Below the pieces are notes generated by a model, which was not told the DNA's origin, did not search any database, and saw only the letters and a list, made by a program, of their open reading frames with translations. Positions 52,678 through 64,000 of a stretch of 64,000 nucleotides of DNA are shown here, one piece after another. Within the stretch, counting starts at the first letter, position 1, and each line of letters opens with the position of its first letter. The stretch is from the human T2T-CHM13v2.0 reference genome, Homo sapiens: NCBI RefSeq assembly GCF_009914755.1, contig NC_060925.1. One strand, written 5' to 3'. Position numbers and translations under genes: made by a program.

Positions 52678-53989
52678 TAGTTCACCCCTGTCCCCCCACC
52701 ATATTAGGGTGCTGCCAGGTGCAAGTGCTCACTGGACCAAGGCTAACCTTCAATGTCATCAAAGTGTTTTAGTCTGAAGGCAGCCTTCCAAGCAGCAAAC
52801 TAGGACCTCGTACACAGCCTCGAAGCAAGAGAGCTCATGTCTTCCTGCACAGAGTCGACCTTTACAGCCCCCCTGGTGAAAGGTTAATGGGTTACTATGC
52901 AGCCGTTAAAAATATAATTATGAAAACTATTATGAAGACAAGGGCTAGAAATATCTAGAAAATATTAAGCAAAAAAAGTACAGTATGAAATGTTAAATAT
53001 GCCACAATTACAGCTATATAAGATATACATGCGTGCAGACAAAGGCTAGAAACCCATCCAAAAATTAAAATAATTATTGTATTAACATGCATGTATTAAC
53101 ATGCATTGTATTATTGCATTAACATGTTGTGATTGTTGCTATTTTCTTATTTTGTACACTTTAATGTTGCATTTTAATAAGAATAAATCAAAATACTTTT
53201 CTATGATTTAATTAAATATGCCATAAGCAGGGGATAGATTATAATGTTTTTGGAGGCCCATTTAGAGTTTGTTGAGGTTTTCCTCTATAGTGAAGGATGA
53301 TTAAGATTTGTTACCTTTATTAGGGTATACAAATAAAACACACTTTTACTCCTCCCAAACAAACAGTTAATGGAAGAGATTTCTTGTTTCAAGATGGCAC
53401 ACATCACAGTTGTGGGGGGTCTTTTCTTTTTTGTTTTGGTGGTAACGAAAGGGCTGGGGTCAGGTCAGTCTTTTGAGGTGAGGTCTGGAAGTCAGCCGAA
53501 TCTGACCCTCGTTAATGTCACATTAACGTCTGTGTTAAGCACACCTTAACCTCTGTGTTTCTGGGTGGAGAAGCTGTGACGGGTGGGGCCACGGGCGTGC
53601 CTTTCGGTACGTGAGGGTTAAATGGGTTCTCGCAGAAAGTAAAGCCATCTGGTCTGCCTGTGCCAGTGCCAGAACTGAAGTGCCATGGGCCAAATCACGC
53701 TGCTGTTGTCTCCCTTTCAGTAACCTGTCTCTGGCTGGATTGTGGATTAACTGAAAGGCTTTGATATTACATTGTTCTGTCTTATTGTGTTAGGGTCTCT
53801 TTTAGCGAATGGTGTTCACCTTCTTAATGGGGGCTAAAATAGAGTCTTTTATTAAGCCTAATTACAGTGTTCTAAGTGACTGGCCCAAGAAATGGCAGCT
53901 GGTGGTCTGAAGCTCTGCCCTGTGCCCCTTAGCTAAAGAGAATATTGTGTCCTCCTTTTCCTCTTCAACCCTACTGAGTTGAGGCAATC

Positions 53990-55008
53990 TCTTTTTTTTT
54001 TTTTTTTTTTTTGAGACAGAGTCTCATTCTGTCACCTAGGCTGGAGTACAGTGGCCCGGTCTCGGCTCACTGCAACCTCCGCCTCCCGGCTTTGAGCGAT
54101 TCCCATGCCTCGGCCTCCTGAGTAGCTTGGATTACAGGCATGCACCACCATGCCCGGCTAATTGTTGTATTTTTAGTAGAGATGGGGTTTTACCGTGTTG
54201 GCCAGGCTGGTCTCGAACTCCTGACCTTAAGTGGTCTGCCTGCCTCAGCCTCCGAAAGTGCTGGGATTACAGGCATAAGCCACCGTGCCTGGCCAAGTTG
54301 AGGCAGTCTTTAAGTCCTAAGTGTATGTCCCTGGACTGCTGGTACCTTATTTCCTCAGGGACAGAGCACCTCGGTCACAGTGTGGTCAGGGTTGGGCAAG
54401 GCCAGCCTGCCACACTGTGCCCTCAGCTCATGGGCCTGGGGTGTTGCTGTGTCCAGGCCTCTTCCACCTGAGCTGTTAGATACTGTCCAGGGAAGTGCCA
54501 GAGTTGTGAGTGCTCTGGAAGAAATGCCAAGTGAGGAGTGGCCCAAGGCTTTGGGCAGGGAGAGGGAGTGTGAAGAGGCGCCGTGCAGGTGCCCCAGCCA
54601 TGGAGTTCTCCCTGTGTCCTTAAGGATGGCTCAGAGGTGGGCTTTTGTAAAGAATGCCTTCTGACAGCAGAACAGAGGACCTGAATTCAATTACAGAAAT
54701 CAACACTTCTAAAAATGCTTCTTGGCTGGGAGTGGTGGCTGGCATCTGTAATCCTGCACTTAGGGAGGCTGAGCCAAGAGATCACTTGAGGCCAGGAGTT
54801 TGAGACCAACCTGGGTGAAAAAGCAAAACCCCATCTCTACAAAAAGCCGGTGTGGGTAGCATGCACCTGTGGTCCCAACTACTCCGAAGGCTGAGGCGAG
54901 AGGACCCCTTGAGCCCAAGAGGTCGAGGCTGCAGTGATCCATGATTGTGCCACTGCACTCCAGCCTGGGTGATGGAGTGAGACCCTGTCTCCAGAAACAT
55001 AAAAAAAA
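53990..55008. mobile_element. Alus (minus 53990-54294, plus 54724-55008)
   Basis: Alu consensus. Confidence 0.93.
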
Positions 55009-55758
55009 CCAATTAAAATGCTTGTATGTTTGAGGCTGTATCCTGCTCTGGAGATGAGTGAGGTGTTGATTTTGGCCTATGTAATTAAGTAAACAGACAT
55101 TCGCACAAATCACAGGGTAAAGGTGGGGGAGACGCCATAAAGCGAACCAGAGCGATGGGACTCGGTGGAGAGGCCACATACAGGCCACGTGTGAGTGGCC
55201 CTTGAAGGGTAGCTAGGGCAGGTGGAAATGGGAGCCTTTCATGTGAGGGCACTATGTTGTGAGCTCTGTGGCCTTTTTTTGTTTGCCAGCCACAGGAGTT
55301 GGTGCTGTTATGCCCACTTCACTGATGAGGGAGTTGAGGTTCAGAGAGATCATGGGTCCAGGGTTTTACAGCTTGTGGGAGACTTGGACCTAGGTCTTTA
55401 CCTCTCAAAAGTCCCCTTTCCCCCAGTGCTGTAAATAGTAAGCAAAGACAGGAAAGCAGGAAGATATTCTGGCAATGTGGAATAGGCAGATGGGGCTGAA
55501 GCGCTGGCTGGAAAGATGACCTGGGGCCAGACGATAAAGGGCCTTGAGTGCCCTGGCTTTGGGCGTTATTGTGAAACCGTGGGCCCAAGGACACTGGGGA
55601 TGATGGGGAACAGCTGGGTGACTTCCTGACAGTCATCCAGGCCTGAAAAGTGGAGCTCTCTTAGTCTTTCTGACTTTCCCATCTGTTTAAAATACCACCT
55701 ACTCTTGCAGCCCTACCGATTTTATAAAGAAACACAAAGAAAATAGAGAAATAAAATA

Positions 55759-56224
55759 CAGTTGACCCTTGAACAACATAGGGGTTAAGGCACCAACCCC
55801 CAGCACAGTAAAAAATTCCGTGTATATCCTTCTGGTACAATTCTATTAAAAAAATCTTGTATTACTTTTGACTCTCTAGAAACTAAACTACTGATAGCCT
55901 ACTGTTGACCAAAGCCTTGCTGAACATAAACAGTCGATTACCACGTATTTTGTGTATGTATTTATGTATTATATTCTTACAATCAAGTAAGCTAGAGAAA
56001 AGAAGATGTTATTAAGAAAATAACAAGGAAGGGAAAATGTATTTGCCATTCATTAAGTGAAGTAGGTTATCATCAAGGTCTTCATCCTCTTCATCCTCAC
56101 ACTGAGTAGGTTGAGGAGGAGGAAGAGGAGGGGTTGGTCTTGCAGTCTCAGGGGTGCTAGAGGCAGAAGAAAACCCATGTATAAGTGGATCCATGCAGTT
56201 CAAACATTGTTCAAGGGTCAACCG
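55759..56224. mobile_element. Tigger2a/MER28-like non-autonomous DNA transposon
   Basis: TIRs TA|CAGTTGACCCTTGAACAA ... TTGTTCAAGGGTCAACCG. Confidence 0.85.
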
Positions 56225-56489
56225 CACAAAGCAATAATCACTGTCTTCTGTGGTTCAGGTTTACCTCCTAAGCATGGCTGTCGTCTTCTGTGTTTGTGTG
56301 TGTACACACAATGCACAGGCGTAGCTGTGCGTGTGAGAGCATGGCATCACAGTAACTACGTGTACCTGCTTTTTCCACCAGTGCTTATATCACCATGCCC
56401 CTAACTTGGTGATTTTTGATGGCGGCCACAGCTGTGCGCAGTTTCATCCTATGGCTACTTGGTAGTTTATTTCACCTGTCACATCTTAA

Positions 56490-56738
<249 letters not shown>

Positions 56739-56864
56739 TGATTTGAGATGTGGTGTCACCCTTAAAACTAAACAAGTTCTAACTGGTAGAGACTCTAGGC
56801 AAAGGGGGAGGCTGTGAGAGGGAGCCCTGGCCTGTGGGACAGCCCAGGCTGCAGCATAGGGAGG

Positions 56865-58385
<1,521 letters not shown>

Positions 58386-58820
58386 GTGACCACAGCACCT
58401 AATCCGATTGTTTTCACATTTTCCTCCAGCCCCTCCTATCTGTAAGCGTGCATCGTTGCTCAGTGAAGTAACAGCCAGTGTCCTCTGCGTGGACAGAGCC
58501 TTGACAAGACGGGCTCTCTGTAATTAGGTCACAGTGTGTGACCCTTTTGCAATTCACTGTCCTGGCCGATTTACGTGCTTGATTTAGTGAAATGCTGCTG
58601 AAAGACCCTGACTTTGCCCCAGCTCTGCTCATCTTCTTCACTTCCTTCCTGTCTGCATGCTGATGTGAAGGGTGTCCCTCCCAGGACTTAACCCCAAGCA
58701 GGCCTTGTCCACCTCCCCTGACACCAGGGCTCTCAATCCACTCCAACGCCACAGCCCCAGAGAGCAGGCTTCTTCCCCAGGCGGAGTTCTTAAGGGAGAA
58801 CACGCTATCTCTGCCGCTAA

Positions 58821-59003
<183 letters not shown>

Positions 59004-59269
59004 TAAAGACAGAAGTCAGCCTTTTGGGGTCTGCTGCCCTGTAGCTTTATGCAGAACGTGTGTGTGGGCTACTTCCAAAGGGCGGTGGTGAGCAGGATGC
59101 CGAGCTTGTGTGTCCTGCCTGAGCACATTGGTATCAACGGTTGGAGCAGTGGAAGGGAAGTGCTAACAAGGGACATTTAGTAGCACTGGGAAGCATCAGA
59201 CAGGCAGTAAGAAGAGGGATGTAGTGATAAAGGGAGGCTATCGTGGAGGCCTGCTTAATTTTTAAAATT

Positions 59270-59450
59270 TTATGTTTTATTATTTTTTTAGAAATGGAGT
59301 CTCACTGTGTGGTCCAGGCTAAGGTGAAGTGGCTATTTGCAGTTGCAAATGTAGTGTTCTGCAGCCTCAAACTCCTGGCCTCAAGTGATCCTTCTGCCTT
59401 AGCCTCCCAAGTCACCAGGATTATAGGTGCATGCCACTGCAGCCAGCTTG
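59270..59450 (-). mobile_element. Old Alu monomer
   Basis: Diverged single Alu arm with T-rich tail. Confidence 0.8.
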
Positions 59451-60492
59451 TAGATGCCTATTTAATCAGATGATAAAAGAAGGAATTCTGGGGCTTTCTT
59501 TGTCCCCACAAAATGTTGTGGTTAGTTTAATGCACTCATTTATTTGTAGGAGTTGTATGTGTGTGTGTGTTTAAGGCCTATGATACAGTGAGAATAAAAT
59601 GCTTTACAGGATGGGATAGTAATGTTGCAGATAGGAGTTTATTTTGTTACAGTCTTACTCAAATGTTAAAATTTGTGTCCAGTTGTTGCTAGGCTGTTTG
59701 TTTCACTAGAACAGTCTGGTTCAGATTGGGACTGCCTCCTGCCCTCTAAAAACCCTGACCTGGGTGTTCTTACACTTAGGTGCGAAGGAGCAGTATCTAT
59801 TTTACCATCATACTCTGCCCTAATTCTAGCTGTTGCTACCTGAGACAATTGCCCTGGGTTAGCATGTTCCTGGGGCAAAAGGGTCTAAAAAACAGACTTA
59901 ATATTCTCTCTTGTTTCCAATTTGGCTGCTTTGTCATTTTCCTGAGCATCCGTGTTGGTGGATGGCAGGGGTCATCGTCACCGAGCATGTGTGGTGAGCA
60001 TCAGGAGAGGCACGTGACCCATGCTGACGGGCAGGGACAGTGTTGATGATGCGTGTGGTAGGCCCTCACTGATAAGAACACTGGGCTAGAATCCACTTAC
60101 GTCCACCCAGAGGGTGTAGCAGGGGTCCGCACAGCCAGAATACCCAGCAGAACAGTGAGCATTGTGAGAGACAGGACCCAAAAGGCCTCACCAGGGCTGC
60201 TGTGTATCTGAGAAGGAGGGTCACAGGTGAGCTGTCCCAGGTTACTTAGGTAAGACTTTGAGCTGTCCTTCCTCTTGGGTCTGTTCTCTTTATATTCTAG
60301 ATCATGAATTGAATATCTTTCACTAGAGCTGATCTGTAAGAAGTTTAGCAAATAGTATTTAACGGCCCACGGACCACATCAATTCATTTTGGAGCACAGA
60401 CATTTCTACCTCAGTCACTCAGAGCTGCAGTGTTTGTGTTATTTCCTTGGGGAATTACTTTCATTTTTCCTCTATCTTATTTTGCCCTTTAG

Positions 60493-60855
<363 letters not shown>

Positions 60856-60990
60856 TAGGCAAACTTTCTGTTCTAGTAAATTTCAGAGCCAGGTGGTTTC
60901 TCAAGCATAAAAATGCTCGACCTTCATACTGGGTTTGTGAGCGAGTTTTTCTTCATTGGATCTGGTGCTATGAATAGTGTTTGTATACTA

Positions 60991-61333
60991 CAGGTTGAAC
61001 ACTTCTAATCCAAAATGCTCCAAAGCTCGAAACTTTTAGAGTGCTGACATCATGCTACCAGTGGAAAATCCCACTCCTGACCTCATGTGACTGGTCGCAG
61101 TCAAAACACAGTCAAAACTTTGTTTCATGCAAAAAATTATTTAAAATTATTGCATAAAGTTACCTTCAGCTATGTGTATAAACTATATAAAGTGAAACAT
61201 AAATGAACTTTTAAATTATATTTAGATGGGTCCCATCTCCAAGATATCTCATTGTATATATGCAAATATTCCGAAATCTGAAATCTGAAACACTTCTGGT
61301 CCCAAAGCTTTAGGATAAGGCATACACAATCTA
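60991..61333. mobile_element. Tigger4/Zombi (MER46)-like MITE
   Basis: TA|CAGGTTGAACACTTCTAATCCAAAATGCTCCAA ... GGATAAGGCATACACAATCT. Confidence 0.8.
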
Positions 61334-61773
61334 TACTATTTAAGGAAGCTCATTAAAAATTACTCTGTTTTTGCTCACCACGTCTTTAAATAAGCCACTC
61401 GCATAGATCCCTTGCTGGGCTTATAATTCAAATGGATATAGGGAATGAAGCATCCTGAGTTCCAGTTTTATAGTATGCTCCTTTTTAAGTTAAACTGAAA
61501 CTAGGGATAAATGTCCCACAGAAAAAATTACAGTTCAGTTAACATTTATTGAACATTTGATGTGTTCCACCCCTATAGCAAGCCTGTGAAGGAGGCAGTA
61601 ATCCCATTTTATTGATGAGTAAACTGAGGCTCAGTGCCGCCAAATAATTTGACCAGTGTCACTTAGCTGAGTCTAAACCTTAGACTCAAGACTTGTTATC
61701 TTTGACCAGTGTTCTTTTCATGGTGCCACCACTGTATGTGTGGCTGACTATGTATGTAGGAACTCATAGATAC

Positions 61774-62123
61774 GACGGTTAATGCATCGCTTAATGACAG
61801 AGACTTGTTCTGAGAAATGTGTCGTTAGGCATTTTTGTTGTGCAAACACCATAGATCGTATAATACTTTCACAAACCCAGATGGTACAGAGTACTGCACA
61901 CCTAGGCTATGGGGTATAGCCTGTTGCTTCTGGGCTAGAAACCTACAAACCTGTACAACACGTGACTAATGAATCCTGTAGACAGTTGTAACACAATGGT
62001 AAGTATTTGTGCATTTAAACAGAGAAAAGTTCCATTAAAAATACAATCTTATAATCTTATAGGACCACTGTTGTTTATACAGTATGCCTTTGACCAGAGT
62101 ATTGTTTTGTAGTGCATGGCTGT
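61774..62123. mobile_element. Tigger3/Golem (MER7)-like MITE
   Basis: GCATCGCTTAATGACAG...TTCTGAGAAATGTGTCGTTAGGC...GTAGTGCATGGCTG. Confidence 0.8.
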
Positions 62124-62329
62124 GTGTCATATATTCATGCACATTCAGATACTTTTAAGTGTTTTGATGTCCTAAGGATAGAGACCTGCCAGCAATGCAG
62201 TTTTTAAGAAAAATATTCTCTGGTAAGCTAAACACTCATGACATTGGTTCTAACTCTAAAGCCTTCCCCTGTTAACAATTGCCTTTGACCCTATTTATCT
62301 TGTCAGCATCTTTGTTTTAAAATCTCTCT

Positions 62330-63110
62330 GCTGATGTTAGATTTGTATGTAACTGTACAATATAAATGCAATGCACATAAATTACAAACTGAAATTACAG
62401 GTGCAGGATTTCATGAAGTTGATGAAAGTAATACTAGAAAGCAGCTTGATTCTTCTGCAAAACCATTAGCAAATGACCATTTAGTGGAATTAGATCATTT
62501 AACGAATGGAGAAAATTGACAAGGATAATGACATGGTATTACAGTAAAGAATGATGTGAATTAATCATAGCTCACTCTCATCTGTTGGGGTTGTGTAGGG
62601 AATCTGATGGATGATCACAGCATCAACAGTGTGCATGGTAGGCCCACACTGATGTAAACATGCAGCCAGAATCCTCTTAGGTGCATCTAAAGGGTATGGT
62701 AAGAAGTCAGCACAGCCAGCATACCCAGCAGAATGATCAGCAGCTAGTGCTGTTCCAAGCACTTTACATGGCTTAGCTTGTTCAATCCTCATGACAACCT
62801 ATCATCCTCATTTTGCAGATGAGGAAACTGAGGTGCACACATACAAAGAAAAGCTAGATGATTTGTTCAAGATCATAAGGAGCCAGAGTGTGAACCCAGA
62901 TAGTTCCAAAAGGATTTGTGTGCTTTTCATCAGTATGATAGCAAAGGATTAAGAGAGGGTCCTTGGGGAACTGGGTGAAACGCTGGAATACTTTTGCAAA
63001 AACGACTTCTTTCTGAATATGCTGCAAAAAGTCAGTAATTTGACATGACGAATGTGGTATTATGCTATCAAAAATTTTGTTGGACAGATTATGCCAAAGA
63101 GAATAATCCC
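62330..63110 (+). mobile_element. Ancient Tigger-like transposase C-terminal remnant interrupted by a MIR (62740-62900)
   Basis: GAGFHEVDESNTRKQLDSSAKPLANDHLVELD resembles the pogo/Tigger C-terminal motif; MIR core TTTGCAGATGAGGAAACTGAGG. Confidence 0.5.
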
Positions 63111-63150
63111 GACACTTGACTTACTCTCTGTTCACTCTCACACGTGATGC

Positions 63151-63350
63151 AGCACTGTCCAGCAGTGGTCAGCAGTGGTGGGTGTGTGCTGTGTCTCCAT
63201 CGTCCAGTATGGTCACCACTGGCCACAGCTGTCTTGACCACTTGAAATGTGGCCAGTATGACTAGGAACTGAATATTTAATTTTATTTAATTCTAATTAA
63301 TTTAAATGTAAGTAGTCACATGTGGCTGGTGGTGCTCTGCTGGACAGTGT
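63151..63350. mobile_element. MER3-like hAT MITE
   Basis: CACTGTCCAGCAG ... CTGCTGGACAGTG termini, CACTTGAAATGTGGC core. Confidence 0.75.
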
Positions 63351-63415
63351 GTGGTTGTGATTCAGACCTAAAGATGATTGACTATAAAAGAGGCATGTTT
63401 TGTCATCAAAATCTC

Positions 63416-63713
63416 ATTTTCTTTTTTTTTTGAGATGGAGTCTCGCTCTGTCACTCAGGCTGGAGTGCAGTGGTGCGATCTTGGCTCACTGTAACCTCTG
63501 TCTCCTGGGTTCAAGCAGTTTTTGTGCCTTGGCCTCCCCAGTAGCTGGAATTACAGGCATCCGGCGCCATGCTTGGCTAATTTTTGTATTTTTAGTAGAA
63601 ACAGGGTTTCACCCTGTTGGCCAGGCTGGTCTCCAACTCCTGACCTCAGATGATCCGCCTGCCTCGGCCTCCCAAAGTGCTGGGATTATAGGTGGGAGCT
63701 GCTGCGCCCGGCT
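63416..63713 (-). mobile_element. Alu (S-like), TSD AAATCTCATTTT
   Basis: Alu consensus plus TSD. Confidence 0.95.
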
Positions 63714-64000
63714 GAAATCTCATTTTTCGAGATGAAGTTTTCAAGCAGACCTTTTCACCACTATTAATTGAGAGGTTTTGGTCCCTATTTTAAGTGCATT
63801 TGCTTCAACATAATCTTTTTTTTTTTGTACCAATGATACTTGAATATATTAATTAGTACTGTTCCTATTATTGTTTGTTTCTACCCATTTCCAGAATGGA
63901 TTAGCACCAGCTTAGAGTAAAAGGTACAGACTCAGCAAATTCCAAACCAGGATTGCCCCATAGACCTCCTGAAGTTACGCAGTGTGGGTTCTCTACCCTA

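Noticed and set aside
53077-53127. 14-bp TGTATTAACATGCA repeat x2-3
   Set aside because: Short slippage duplication in AT-rich, probably old L1-derived sequence; no sign of function

Overview
Primate (almost certainly human, 1q42 TAF5L-URB2 locus) genomic DNA. The window holds the complete TAF5L gene on the minus strand. TAF5L is a SAGA/PCAF-complex WD40 subunit with 4 coding exons that splice to 589 aa, and reading through the exon 4 donor gives a 325-aa form. It is arranged head-to-head, across a CpG-island bidirectional promoter at about 38.3-39.7 kb, with the 5' part of URB2 on the plus strand. URB2 is a nucleolar 60S biogenesis factor; 6 coding exons (1383 codons) lie here, including a 3331-nt internal exon, and the gene continues past the window. 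The rest is intronic or intergenic, with more than 30 Alus, a near full-length Tigger1, several Tigger and hAT MITEs, an ERV-L remnant with an MLT2 LTR, L1/L2/MIR fragments and tandem repeats. I see no new multi-gene system. The most interesting unexplained signals are small: a splice-created overlapping uORF 10 nt ahead of the TAF5L start, a duplicated URB2 exon 1 splice donor, inverted Alus bracketing the giant URB2 exon, a roughly 55-nt retroposed mini-element with a TSD, an old intronic duplication whose hairpin shows a compensatory change, and a perfect 77-bp tandem duplication. Repeat family names come from recalled consensus sequences, not from a database search.
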